From positions 1-64,000 of the forward strand of contig CDMY01000351.1 in NCBI GenBank assembly GCA_001179505.1: a stretch of 64,000 nt of DNA, written 5' to 3'. The translations under genes and the position numbers were made by a program. Shown piece after piece: positions 1 to 12,700 of the stretch. Position 1 is the first letter of the stretch. The number at the start of each line of letters is the position of its first letter. The notes under the pieces were generated by a model that was not told where the DNA came from, made no database searches, and saw only the letters and a list, made by a program, of their open reading frames with translations. Source of the stretch: Vitrella brassicaformis CCMP3155. Taxonomy: Eukaryota; Protista; Chromerida.

Positions 1-109
1 AGGTGGAGGGGGTTGGGTGTAGTCCGATACACGCTCGCTCATCCGAAAAGGAGGAGAAACAGCCGAGAAATCACCAACTCAATCATGCCAGTGACTGATT
101 CTTGCTGCA

Positions 110-940
110 CAGTGGGTCAGTACATAGCTGGCCCACTTACGCGTCTGACCCGCTTATACGTACTACAGAGCTGACCCACTTGTTCTCCAGCGACTTTTGG
201 AGTGATTTCTCGCTCTGAATGAATCACAAGAGCCTCTCAGAAGCCCATTGACCCTGCACAAACGTGTGCTCGGCTGGATGAATGACGCCAGATGCCTCAG
301 GTGACTCTGTTGACCACAAGACAAGCGTCTTGGTGGTCCAAAACTGGCTGCGAGCCACGAAAACCGACCTCTGAGCCCCAAACCCGTACATCGGACAGCC
401 CGAAAACCAGCTTTGCAAGAGGGGCTTTGTCAAACTGCACACAATAGTATCATGTGAGCCCACGATGTGCATAGCCAAGGAAGGGACACGTACATCGGAC
501 AAGCGCGCGTGCATCGAAGCCACGCAGCAACAAAACTCCATAGCAGCCAAACAGAGTCCCCACTGCAATAACAAGGCCAAACAGAAGCAAACACTTAACA
601 CACATTACACAGCGTGAGAGCACCGGCCCATTCTACACGCGCGCCAGTCGCTCTTCCGTTTACATCGTGACTCAACCTCGCCAAGCAAACTCGCCTTTTC
701 GTCGCAAATCACCATGAATGATTCGTCTCAGAAGATGACAATCAAAATGTCTGTATTTCTCCATGGAATCACTCTTTCACAGAGGGGTGTTTCATCGTCT
801 TGCGGTCATTTTGAGCCATGAGTGGTCGGTTTGGATGGCTGATTTGAGTCTCTTTGTGTACGGAGTGATTCAGCCCAGCTGGCCCACATACGCAACTGAC
901 CCGCTTATGCGGTGACCCACTTACGCGGTCCGGACTGTAA
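110..940. mobile_element. Possible remnant or end of a non-autonomous DNA transposon with clustered subterminal motifs
   Basis: Motif GACCCRCTTAYRCG occurs about three times at ~16-bp spacing at 131-180 and again at 882-927, in direct orientation. The right cluster ends ...CGGACTGTA, i.e. TA|CAGTCCG on the minus strand, resembling Tc1/mariner-pogo termini. The interior lacks microsatellites and has no recognisable ORF. Confidence 0.3.
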
Positions 941-1132
941 AATGTAGGAAGCGATGGTATCAGTCTCTCTGCTCTCGAATGGCTGTAATCGCTGCTGGCA
1001 GACAGACACACAGATAGTAAGCCTTGACTGAGCCAACCCCAAATATTTGAAAACGTACTCCGTCCCGTGCTTGGCGACGCGGCGCCTCTTGTGCGTCTGC
1101 CCGCCCTGCTGTGCCCCTCCGGTCAGGCGGCA

Positions 1133-1260
1133 GTGGCGCTGGGGCGCGAGTGGCGCCATTCGTGTTCGACGGACAAGTAGGACAGCAGCAGCAGGGGGAT
1201 GACAACAGTGACGATGGTATGGAGAGAGGGCGGGACAGAGACTCGTGAAGGCGTGAATGG
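1133..1260 (+). pseudogene. 3' fragment of the poly-Q/F-box-like family (VAPFVFDGQVGQQQQGDDNSDDG)
   Basis: gtggcgccattcgtgttcgacggacaag...cagcagcag...gacaacagtgacgatggtatggag matches exon 4 of the full copies (e.g. 4990-5075). The upstream exons are absent. Confidence 0.75.
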
Positions 1261-1619
1261 ATGGTGTTCCTTCAGTGCCATCACACACTTTCATCCATAT
1301 CGATGCCAGAGCGCCCAATCGACCAGTTTACCATATGCCAGAGAGTGAAGAAAAAAGAGAGAGACAGAGAGAGAACGAGAGCAGAGAGCAAAGCGACAGG
1401 AGGACTGGTTAAATGTTCCGCCATGACACGTGTCGTTGACATGATGTTGATCCGATACACGGATGTGAGAAAGTCAATAGTATATACAGATCTGTACACA
1501 GGTTGTGTCATGACTGCACACACGTCATCGGCCGCATCCAGGCACAAATATGCCTCGCCTCCACCCCGATCGCCCAAAAGCAACACACCAGCCCGTCTGT
1601 ACAAGGATGCACCCTCACG

Positions 1620-3620
1620 TCACTCAATGTCGCTGATGTCGCTGCCCCTCACAGACGATCCCTCGTCCGTGTCTCGGTCCTCGGGGCGCTCGGGGACAAA
1701 CTGGGGGAAGTACGCCTGGAGAAGCGCCACGCACTGCACCATCCATCCATCCATCCATCCATGAGAGAGACAGAGAGACATGGGTGCGTGTCTTCCTTCT
1801 GCGGCCGACGGGTATGCTTCGTTGGATTGCCCACTCACCCGTTGCGAGAACTCCTGAGTGCCGTGCAGCGCCAGGTGTTGTACCTTGGCCACGCCGCCAG
1901 CCTGTCACTCACACACGTGCACATCCCACGTGTACATAATTGTGTGTCATCCGTCCCTCCATGCTGACTGACAGACCTGGTGGACGAGGTCACAGTAGGG
2001 GTTGTTCGCGAGACCGTCGGCCGCCTGCTTCTGCTCACCCACACTGCATATACACATGGATGGGCGACAAAACAGCCACACAATGCATTAATGGGTGCCG
2101 CCCGATCTGCGTGTGATCTATGTGCTGCCTGACCGACCGCAGAATGCCATCGAGTGTCATCAGCGCCAGTCGGACCTCCGCAGGGTTGTCGCTGTCCAGC
2201 ACGCCACACAGGAGATCGATGCACCCACACTCAGCCACATACTCGCCCTGCAGACAGGCAGATGTAAACGATACAGACAGACATTGCTGGTTTGTTTGCC
2301 CCAGCTCTCCTTCATCCACCTCGAGGTGTACCTGCGTCTGCGATCCGTTGGCCAATATCTTGTGCAGAACTAAGGCGCCACCAATCTTGGTCGTCTCTTC
2401 TCGCTCGCCATCCCCGCCGCCCGCCAGCCGCTCAGCCACCACGGCCAGGAAGCCCCCATCAATCAACGACTGAATCGCGTCATGGGCACCTGCAGCTCAG
2501 AGAGATGCGCAGATCAGAGAGGCAGGCCGGTCGCACTTCTCTCTGAGCACCGTATCTCCCACCTGTATCTACGATTGTGGCGACCGTTGAGTATGCCCCC
2601 GCCCATATGATGCTATTGGCCGATGACATCATCGCCTTGAGCTGGGCAGAGTGCTCCAAAAGCACAGCAACGTGGTGAGAGTCGCCACCTGAAGGGACAG
2701 AAAAGGGCACACAACGGCCAGCTTGCTCACGCTTCTGACTTTCTCATGGCTTGCTCACGCTCGATGGTCCATTGGATGACTTTGAGGGCAAACACTTGCA
2801 CGCAGCACTCGTCATGGGCCAACAGCTGCAGCAGGCGACGATACACCCCAGAGATGAGCTGCATGACCTCTCCATCGGTGTCATGGCCCTCCGTAGCTGG
2901 AAGGATTGTGTAGAGACTCAGCATCGCAATCTGCAGCAGGTCACTGCCCTGATCATCGGCTTGGACCAGCATCGCCAGGACACGGACACACTCCATCGCC
3001 AGCCAGAGAGGCAGCGGTGGACCGCTGCTGAGCAGAAACGCCAGCAGCGCACTGCAGTTCTGGCGGACCGCAATCTGCGCATAGGTGTCGTCCATGGCGC
3101 TGCGCAGCCTCTCCAGCAGTGGCTCAATCACGCCCGTCTCCAGAATGGCCTCGCACGCCGCTGCCGAGTACCTGGCCATGTACACCAAGAAGGAAGCCAC
3201 GCGGAACACCAGGTGCAGATCATCGCTGGTCGACAACAGCCCGACCAAAGTGGGGATAGCCTCGGCATCTATCAGTGATTGTGCGGCCGCATCTCCCGCA
3301 TCTTTCGAAACAGAGAAGATCCGACGGGAGATCTCCGTTGTTGCGCAGACATACCACCACGAGTTCTCGCTCCTCATGTGGTCCAACAGCTTCCGGATGG
3401 GCGTGCAGCGCAAAGATCTCGTGCAGACGAAGGATGCTGCGCGGAGGAGGAGGAACACCAGGACCGCCAACGCAGCCAACACTGCCACTACGGTGACGAG
3501 CCATCGGATAAGACACATCAGGAACGCGCCGAATGGGCTCGAAAAAGCGCCAGTCGCGGCCAGGAGAACCACAAGGACGCCACGCCAGCGCCAGAATCTC
3601 CAAAGGGCCGCTGGATGCAT
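1620..3620 (-). CDS. Divergent importin-alpha-like ARM-repeat protein with hydrophobic N-terminus, ~7 exons
   Basis: Spliced by hand: ARM1-like KLLDHMRSENSWWYVCATTEISRRIF...IDAEAIPTLVGLL. The C-terminus GEYVAECGCIDLLCGVLDSDNPAEVRLALMTLDGILR|VGEQKQAADGLANNPYCDLVHQ|AGGVAKVQHLALHGTQEFSQR|CVALLQAYF parallels the importin-alpha C-terminal ARMs (GCIKPLCDLL...NPY..LIEE.GGLDKIE.LQ.H.N.EIY.KA..LIE.YF). GT-AG introns fit. Confidence 0.8.
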
Positions 3621-3714
3621 GGCTGGATGGGAAGATTGCGGCTGGGAAGCTTGGACAGGAAGGGTTTGCGAGCTTAACCGTAACTCCCCTGATCTTCCTC
3701 CTCTCACAGTTCAG

Positions 3715-5364
3715 ATGCAGCATCATGAGCAGCAGCAGCAGCAGCAGCAGCAGCCCCCCTTTACCTACATCTTCGTCGGACGCCGCACCAACTGGCTGCT
3801 CAGCATAGAGGACGTCGTGCGGCTGAGGGCCACCTGCACGTGGATCAGAGAGCTCTTCAAAGCGGCCCAGCTGAGAGATCGGCTCCACCACTCTGTCGGC
3901 TCACAGGCGGGGCTGCGGCGGGCGGTGAATGGGCGGCAAGTGCAGCTGCTGCGGTTCGACGACGACCAGTTCGGCGCCCATGATCTGCTGGCGGCTGTGT
4001 GTGTGGTGGAGGAGGGGCCATGGGTGGAGATCGGCCAGGTGATTGAGCTGGCAGGGCAGTGCGGCAACTGTGACCTGCCTGTCATCCTCACGGCCGATGA
4101 CATCAACACACATAAAAACAAGATGGTGAGCCAGCAAACAGAGGGGCGGAGAGGGGAGGCAGAGGGCCTCATTCTCTCTGTGTGTCTGTGTGTGTGGTCG
4201 TGTGTGTAGGCGTATGTGTCGGTTCCCCGTGTGTTGGCGCAGCTCAAGATGGTCGGCCGCCACGTCCACTTCAGTGACGGCACCTACCTGCAGCTGTTTC
4301 AGCATGGCGATGAGTGGCGGGCCATCAAGGACGAGCTTGGCTTCGAGCTGGAGGTCGACCCGCCCCTCCCCGCCGGCCACCTGTACCTGCAACACCGGCA
4401 GCCACACGACCCGCCGGTGGGTGAGGGCATCATCTACTCGCAGAATGACGCCCGATGGATGTCGGACGGTGGCCAGTACACCGAGACGTCCGCAACGTCG
4501 TTTGCCATGTTCAAGGTCCTCCACCGCTTCCAGGAGACTCACCAGACTAACCACATGGAGGCAATCGTCAACAGGTGACAACATCAACGGCGTCAAGTGG
4601 GGGTTGGGGGATGTTTGGGTATCGTTTGTTGATGTCTGTCTGTTCAGGGGTGTCGGTGGCGGCCGTGTGGATCGCCTGCTGACCGAGTCGCCCCACACAC
4701 CGGTGGCCGGCTGCACCACCACATTAAGCCGGCACGGCAATGTGCGACGGCTGGTGCTCACCGACAGCAGCCACGGCTTCGTGGCGTGGATATCCATGGA
4801 GGGAGGGAACGGCAGCAGTGAGGCTGGCAGAGAGGCGCCGGTGGTGGAAGCTGATGTCATCTGTGCTCTCCCTTTATTGTATGCAGATTACCTGTGCATC
4901 AGGACCACTGACGCGGCTGTGACTGGCGTTGGTTTGTTCAAGCACCGCTACCCCATGACCACTCAGCTGGCTCGTGTGGCGTTGGGGGCGGTGGCGCCAT
5001 TCGTATTCGACGGACAAGTACAACAGCAGCAGCAGCAGCAGGGGGATGGCAACAGTGACGATGATATGGAGAGGGGGCGGGAGGGAGGCACACTCATGGT
5101 GACCATGGATGGATGGATGGATGGATGGCATTTCTTCTCTGTCTATCTTTGGCTGTGGTGTAGATTCCGACGGCCATGGTGGCGGCTGGGATGATATGGA
5201 TTTCGACAGCGACGGAGAGGACAGCGAAGGTACACATGAGGGAGGGAAGGCACACACAGAGCACACCCTGGCTCTACCTCTCGTGTCTGCGTGTGTGTGT
5301 GTGTGTGTGTGTGTGTTGGACAGGTGAGGATGCATCAGCCGTAGAGGAAGTAAACGGCGACTGA
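3715..5364 (+). CDS. Poly-Q/F-box-like family, copy 1
   Basis: MQHHEQQQQ..PFTYIFVGRRTNWLLSIEDVVRLRATCTW. Introns 4126-4209 and 4575-4647, plus further GT-AG introns, keep the frame. The exon-4 donor seen in other copies (gacgatg|gta) is mutated to gacgatgata, so the acidic tail may be mis-spliced. Confidence 0.75.
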
Positions 5365-6437
5365 CTGGTTAATCCCACATGGATATCCGCGCACCCCACG
5401 TACACGCCAAACAGTGCCGCCGAATCGTCTGTCTGCTCTGTATGTTTTGGTAGGGTGCCTCAGGCTGGAGTGCTGTCTGTAGCTGCTGGCTGCCCGAGTC
5501 GATCGACTCGTGGCTGTCTGTGATAGAGACGCATTGTATACCACCCTTGATACCACCCATTCTGTAGAGAGACCAGCTGCTGACACACACATATATTACC
5601 CAATCCCTCTCTGCGTTGACACTTCTGTGGCTCTTCTGCTGGCTGCCTGGCTGGGGGCTTTGGGTCATGTGTAACAGTTGGCCTCCACTGATGGCCGGTT
5701 ATGACCTGATGCCTCGGCCGCTCTGTGTGCGTGTGTGCCTGTCTGCCTGCATGCCCGCATGCCTGTACATGGCTCTCTGGCTGATTGCGTGAACCAATAA
5801 AGTGACATGCAGACAATAAATGCAGCGGATCTCAGGCCAAGAAACTAAGTCAGTCACCCCCCATCAGTCACAACTTTGGAAACCAGTCAACGCATGTCGA
5901 TCGGCAGTCAAATTACGCATGCCGATCCGTCCATCGATCGGCAGTCAGCCGGTGAGCATTTCCTTTATGTCCGCCTGTTGAGGAGGGAGACATAAGCTGA
6001 GGAGCAGCTGCGGTGTGTTGGTCGATGGATTTCAAGAGAGCTCTGTGTGCACACACCGTGTTTGTATGTATCAATCAACGGGTCAATTATATATATCAAC
6101 TCGACACACTGTCCTCAACACATGCATGCCTGTGGGTGGCTGCGTATGTCCACGAGTTGAGGACAGTGTGTGTATTTCCACGAGTGAGACAGGGGGCGTT
6201 TCTTTGTGGGGTGCGTGTAAGTTGCCATGAAGAATAAGAAGCTCAGACGGCTCTTTCCGCTCTGCTACTCACTGTGGCGTTCGGCTACAGAGATGACGAC
6301 AAACAGCACATGAGCGATACCCTTCTGATGGCACACGCACACACACACATGAAGTACCAGTGAGGGCAAGATTCAGCCACATGACAAAGGACATGAATCG
6401 CTGCGCACCCGCCAGTTAAAATTGGCTGATGGATCGA

Positions 6438-8230
6438 TCAATCGCCGCTCTCCGCCTCAGCTACGCCACCTTCACCTGTCGAGTGCACAGGACACACACA
6501 CACACAAATGAAAGTCATTCAGGCCGACGTTCAGCCATCTGTGCTGTGGTGTGTGTGGCTGTGTACCTCCACTGCCGTCATCCATATCGTCACCCTCATC
6601 GTCACCATCACATCGGAATCTGCAGACCACTCTCAGGGAGAGAGACACCAGGCACGTCATCTATCTATCCATCCATCCATGTGTGTGTGTTCGTACCATC
6701 GTCACTGTTTTCATCCCCCTGCTGCTGCTGCTGCTGCTGCTGCTGTACCTGTCCGTCGAACACGAATGGCGCCACTGCCCCCAACGCCACACGAGCCAGC
6801 TGAGTGGTCATGGGGTAGCGGTGCTTGAAAAAACCAACCCCAGTCACAGCCGCCTCAATGGTCACGACATGCACACTCACTGCGCACCAGGGGAAGGAGA
6901 ATACGTGACATCTGACATGCAGGGCTTCCTCTCTGTCACACTGACCGTCGTTATTTCCTGACACGCTGATGTGAATCCATGCGACGAATGAGTGGCTGCC
7001 GTCTGTGAGCACCAGCCGTCGCAGACGACCGTTTTGGCTCATTGTGGTGGTGCATCCGGCCACCGGTGTGTAGGGCGACCGAGTCAGCAGGCCATCTAGA
7101 CGGCCGCCATCAACGTACCTGAACCAACCACAGGCACAATCAATAGCACTCCCTCTTGCCACTGGTGCCCTTAGTTTTATTACCTGTTGAGTCTTATCAA
7201 TGTGTAGTTGGTCTGCTGGGTCTTGTCGAAGTAGTCGACGATCATGAACTTGGCAAACGACGACACTGACGAATCGGTGTACTGGCCACCCAGCAACAAC
7301 CATCGGCTATGGACGAACGTGTAGTAGATGCTCTCACGCACCGGTGGGTCGTGTAGCTGTCGGTGCTGCCAATACAGGTGGCCGGCAGGGAGGGGTGGGT
7401 CAACCTCCAGCCGGAAGCCGGGCTCGTCCTTGATGGCCCGCACCTCATTGCCGTGCTGGAACAGCTGCAGACAGCTGCCATCACTGAAGTGGACGTGGCT
7501 GCCGACCATCTTAAGCTGCGCCAACACACGGGGAGCCGAAGCATACGCCTACACACACAACCACACAGACACAGAGAGAGAATGAGGCCCTCTCCCTCCC
7601 CTCCCCGCCCCTCTGTTTGCTGGCTCACCGTCTTGTTTGCGTGTGCGTTGATGTCATCGGCTGTGAGGATGACAGGCAGGTCACAGCAGCCGCACTGGCC
7701 CGCCAGCTCAATCACCTCGCCGATCTCCACCCATGGCCCCTCCTCCATCACACACACAGCCGCCAGCAGATCATGTGTGCCGAGCTGGTCGTCGTCGAAC
7801 CGCAGCAGCTGCACTTGCTGCCCATTCACCGCCCGCCGCAGCCCCGCCTGTGAGCCCAGCGAGTGGCGGAGCCGATCTCTCAGCTGGGCCGCTCCGAAGA
7901 GATCTCTGAGCCACGTGCAGGTGGCCTTCAGCCGCAGGATGTCCTTGATGCTGCTGAAGAGGTAGAAGGTGCGGCGGCCGACGAAGATATACGAGAAGGG
8001 GTGCTGCTGCTGCTGCTCTGGTTGCTGCATCTGGGTAGCTATGATGTGCTCGACGACAGCCTGCACAGAGCGACAGAGCCGACAGAGGACCGTGTGCATC
8101 AAGCATGCTGCTCATTGGTCTGTGTGCGGCTCACCTCGTTCGATGATCAGACAGACAGATCAGCTTGCAGAGAACTGAATGCCGCACCTTCACCAGCACC
8201 ACCAGCAGCGGCAGATGAGGAGGCCGCCAT
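6438..8230 (-). CDS. Poly-Q/F-box-like family, copy 2 (main ORF from MQQPEQ; upstream exon carries in-frame TGA at 8149-8147)
   Basis: ORFs 7242..8102, 7180..7527 and 6665..7303 are the family exons and share the exon structure of copy 1. The main frame appears intact. Confidence 0.8.
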
Positions 8231-9014
8231 CACTCCTCAACGACACGCCTGCAGCGATGGGCCGACAGACACAGAGCGAGAGAGATGCCAACAGAAGAGG
8301 ACGGCGAACGCATTGAGGCCAATGGATCAGTGAGCGCACCAGTCAGTCAGTCAGTGAGTCCGTCAGTGAGTGGTCGGCCGCCCTCACCTCTGTTTGGCTG
8401 TCAGCTTAATGGCCCGCCATCTCACCGCAGCAGTCCAGAGGATGACTGACTCGAGACTCAGTGACTCAACGCACAGCTTTCCGACAAGGCCGACAAAGAT
8501 TGGCCTTCTCCCGGGGGGAAAGGGTATCAAACCCTTTGACCCTTCGAACCCTGAAGTTCATCACCCAAAAGAGCCCTCATCGTTTCCAAAACCCTTCGAG
8601 CCCTGGACAGAATCAGCCGGCTGCCTGTCTGTCTGTGTCTTTGTGTGGCGTGCAGGTGTGCTTGGCTGGGTGGTGGGGTTGATAACTGACGATGGCTGCT
8701 GCTGCTCGTATGTGTGTGTGTGTGGGCCGATGTGTCGACGACTGACTGACTCGACTTGACTGAATCGCTTTGTCTCTCTCGTGGGCTGGCCGCCCTTTGT
8801 GATAGCCAGCGTCTCACTGCACACACATGAACGCCCCTACTTACTCGTTATGCACCGCTCCCTCCCCCCAGACCCTGATATATACATCAAAATGTCTGCC
8901 CTCCGCCCCCTCCTGGACACACACACACACGTGTCTGTGAGCTATGTGTGGGCTGTTGGTGTACTTGGACAGCGTACTTGCTTGGGCTGTCCGTGAGTGC
9001 GGCAGGCCAGCCAG

Positions 9015-10508
9015 CTAGTCCAAGAGCTGCGATGCGATGTGGTCCCCCAGCACGGCTCGCGCCAGTGCGGCCGTCTGTGGGTGGCGGTCCTTGAAGGCAC
9101 AGAAGTCCTCACGCACCGGCTTCTCGCTCGTCTTGACCTCAACATTCACTGCATCAATCACACAGAGCACATCGGTTAGTAAACGGATACACACACACAC
9201 ACCCATGATGGCTGCGCCATCCCGTGCTGTGCTGACTGACGCACCCAGCAGATTGTCCCGCTCGCTAATGGTAGGCCAGGCGATGAACGGGTGGGCGGCG
9301 TCGGTCAGCACTAACTCGCACTCGAAGCGTGCAGGGGCCCCGTTGCCCGAGGCGGGTGTGCGGTAGGCTGTGGTGGTCGTGCAGCCCTCCAGTGGCACGT
9401 GAGGGGGCCGTGTCAAGATGGCGTGCAGCCGGCCGCCATCAACGTGCCTGATGGACCCATCAACCCACCCAGGGATGACAGACAGACAGACAGACAGACA
9501 CACCATAGTGCACAAACAAAGGCACACATGAGGGGATTTGGACCTGACTGACCTGTCGACGAGTGTGTTGGTGTGACAGATACGATGCGCGATGCTGGGC
9601 CATCGAGGGCCGATTGCCAACTCGCTGAGGATGGTCCTCTTGAACAACGACGACAGAGAGGAATACGCCACAGGTGGGTCACTCACCACGTAGTTGCACT
9701 CCTGCAGCCCCCTCCAGTCTTCCCCCATTGTGGTGTACTAGATGGGGGTGCTGACGGGCGGGTCATTGGGCTGTCGGTGCTGATGGTAGTGCTGGGGGAT
9801 GGCAGGTGGGGGTGGGTCGACCGTCAGCCGAAACGGAGCCTCGTCACGAATCACACGCACATCTGAAGTGAAGGCACAATCAGTCAGACATTTCCAATGA
9901 TCCAAACAAAGAGAAGATGCCTTGCCTTGCCTCAGCCGCTCACCCACCTTGCGTGTCGGCACCGTTCTGGAAGACTTTGAGTCGCTCGCCGGCAACGATG
10001 TGGTAGCCCACCATCTTGAGCTGTGCCAACACACTCGGCTGAGCCAAATAGGCCTGCATGCAGTCAATGAACGGCATGCATCCCACACAGTGAGTCAGCC
10101 TTCCTTACTCACTGCCTTGCTCTTGAGTCGGCGTAGGTCAGCGACGGTGACTATGATGGGCAGCCGAAACTCGCACTCATAGTCACGAGGCCAAAGTGGA
10201 CCGATGAGCCGCCGCTTTCGGCACTGCCCCGCCAGCTGCAGAACCTCACGTTGAGCTCGTCAGCGAACCGCAGCACCTCCCGCACTGGCTGCCCATCGCC
10301 GCCAACGCGACACAGGCCGGCCTTGACCAGGGAGCGGTTGAGCCGAGTGCGCAGATGAGTCTTTTCAGGCCCTCTCTTCAAGAATCTCTTGCCGACTCTG
10401 ATGCCCGGCGCAGAGGTGCACCAGGTCGACGAGCTCGAGAATTTCATCACACAGCTGGAAGACCGCCCTCAGGGCCTTGTGCACCAGGGGCTCCGGCTGC
10501 TCAGTCAT
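9015..10508 (-). pseudogene. Highly divergent family paralogue, pseudogene
   Basis: MTEQPEPLVHKALRAVFQLCDEILELVDLVHLCA then a frameshift to HLRTRLNRSLVKAGLCRVGGDGQPVREVLRFADE. Later exons read VLAQLKMVGYHI, FRLTVDPP, HRQPNDPPV, GGGRLHAILT and FKDRHPQTAALARAVLG. In-frame TAG at 9740-9738. Confidence 0.75.
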
Positions 10509-10878
10509 CGCAAATCACATTTTCAGCGAGCTGGCGGGTTTGAGGGTTTGGGGTGAAAGGATTTTACACCCCATGACCCCCCCGGATAGTTGAGTGAGAG
10601 TCACTCAATCACTCAATCATCAGCAGTATCAGACGCCGAGAAGAATCACTCAATCATCCTGTCGACTGCTGCGGTGAGATGGCGGGCCATTGAGCTGACA
10701 AATATCAGAGGTGAGGAAGGCCCCAGGGAGGCCGACCACTCACTGACTGACTCACTGACTGACTGACTGGTGCGCTCACTGATCCATTGGCCTCAATGCC
10801 TTCGCCGTCCTTTTCTGTTGGCATCTCTCTCGCTCTGTGTCTGTCGGCCCATCGCTGCAGGCGTGTCGTTGAGGAGTG

Positions 10879-12468
10879 ATGGCGGCCTCCTCATCTGCCG
10901 CTGCTGGTGGTGCTGGTGAAGGTGCGGCATTCAGTTCTCTGCAAGCTGATCTGTCCGTCTGATCATCGAACGAGGTGAGCCGCACACAGACCAATGAGCA
11001 GCATGCTTGATGCACACGGTCCTCTGTCGGCTCTGTCGCTCTGTGCAGGCTGTCGTCGAGCACATCATAGCTACCCAGATGCAGCAACCAGAGCAGCAGC
11101 AGCAGCACCCCTTCTCGTATATCTTCGTCGGCCGCCGCACCTTCTACCTCTTCAGCAGCATCAAAGACATCCTGCGGCTGAGGGCCACCTGCACCTGGCT
11201 GAGCAGAGATCTCTTCGGAGCGGCCCAGCTGAGAGATCGGCTCCGCCACTCGTTGGGCTCACAGGCGGGGCTGCGGCGGGCGGTGAATGGGCAGCAAGTG
11301 CAGCTGCTGCGGTTCGACGACGACCAGCTCGGCACACATGATCTGCTGGCGGCTGTGTGTGTGATGGAGGAGGGGCCATGGGGCGAGATGGGCGAGGTGA
11401 TTGAGCTGGCGGGCCAGTGCGGCAACTGTGACCTGCCTGTCATCCTCACATTCGATGACATCAACGCACACGCAAACAAAACGGTGAGCCAGCAAATAGA
11501 GGGGCGGGGAGGGGAGGGAGAGGGCCTCATTCTCTCTGTCTGTGTGGTCGTGTGTGTAGACGTATGTGTCGGCTCCCCGTGTGTTGGCGCAGCTCAAGAT
11601 GGTCGGCCGCCACATCCACTTCAGTGACGGCAGCTGCCTGCAGCTGTTTCAACGAGTGGCGGGCCATCAAGGACGAGCTTGGCTTCGAGCTGGAGGTCGA
11701 CCCGCCCCTCCCCGCCGGCCATCTGTACCAGCAACACTGGCAGCCACACGACCCGCCGGTGCGTGAGAGCATCTACTACTCGTCCTGTAACGACGCCGAC
11801 CGATGGCAGTCGGACCGTGTCTTCTTCGGTGGCCAGGGCATCGATGCGTCAGCTTCGTCGTTTGCCAAGGCCATGATCCTCGACTACTTCGAGGAGACTC
11901 ACCAGATCAACGACGCATCGATAGGGCTCAACAGGTGACAACACACTTGAGGCACTAAAGGCAAGAGAGAGCGCCGTTGACTGTGTGTGTGCCTGTGGCT
12001 GGTTCAGGTATGTTGGTGGCGGCCGTCTGCATGACTTGCTGATTCGGTCGCCCCACACACCAGTGGCCGGCTGCACCAGCACACTGAGCCAGAACGGTCG
12101 TGTGCGACGGCTGGTGCTCATAGACGGCAGCCACCCATTCGTCGCATGGATTGAGATCGGCCCAGACGGTCAGAGTGACAGAGAGGCAGTTCTGATTGTC
12201 AAATGTCGCGTGTTCTTCTTCCCTGTGTGTGCAGTGGGTGTGCATGGTGACCACTGAGGCGGCTGTGTATGAGGGTGGTCCCTTCAAGCACCGCTTCCCG
12301 GTGACCACTCAGCTGGCTCGCGTGGCGTTGGCGGCGGTGGCGCCATTCGTGTTCGACGGACAGGTACAACAGCAGCAGCAGCAGGATGATGAAGACAGCG
12401 ACGATGGTACGGACACGCACCCACACATTGGATGGACGGATGAACTGCCTTCTCTCTCTGTTTGTTTG

Positions 12469-12504
<36 letters not shown>

Positions 12505-12700
12505 AGTGTGCTGTCTGCAGATTCCGACAGTGATGGTGATGAGAATGACGATGTGGATGACGGCACTGGAGGTACAAAGGATGGAAGGCACCACAGCACA
12601 CAGAGGCCCTCACATTGGCCTGCATCACTTTCAGCTGCGTCCTGTGTGTCCTGTGTATTCGACAGGTAAGGATGCAGCAGCTGAGAAGAGCGGCGACTGA
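10879..12700 (+). pseudogene. Poly-Q/F-box-like family, copy 3, frameshifted
   Basis: Exon 2 reads tttcaacgagtgg where copy 1 has tttcagcatggcgatgagtgg, an 8-nt deletion at ~11650. The ORF track splits into 11566..11766 and 11552..11938 accordingly. Confidence 0.8.

Noticed and set aside
1020-1070. EYVFKYLG in ORF 905..1318 resembles the non-LTR reverse-transcriptase KYLG motif
   Set aside because: No other RT motifs nearby, and the stretch reads as a GT-AG intron on the minus strand (gtacgttttc...gtctgtctgccag).
3721-3755. CAG tracts (here and in the other copies) as a special repeat-expansion system
   Set aside because: Short poly-Q/poly-A coding tracts are common throughout this window.
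3085-4209. Long ORFs such as 3085..4209, 4190..5194, 35378..36532, 38244..39239 and 44692..45726 as independent genes
   Set aside because: They are antisense shadows of real exons, read-through into microsatellite introns, or run across N gaps; expected in GC-rich DNA.
5885-5950. Short direct repeat acgcatg(t/c)cgatc...tcgatcggcagtca, considered as a CRISPR-like or regulatory array
   Set aside because: Only two imperfect units and no spacer periodicity; consistent with local slippage duplication.
10960-10962. Selenocysteine assignment for the shared UGA
   Set aside because: Not asserted: no redox motif around the codon and no SECIS could be recognised by eye. It is kept only as one untested option in the finding.
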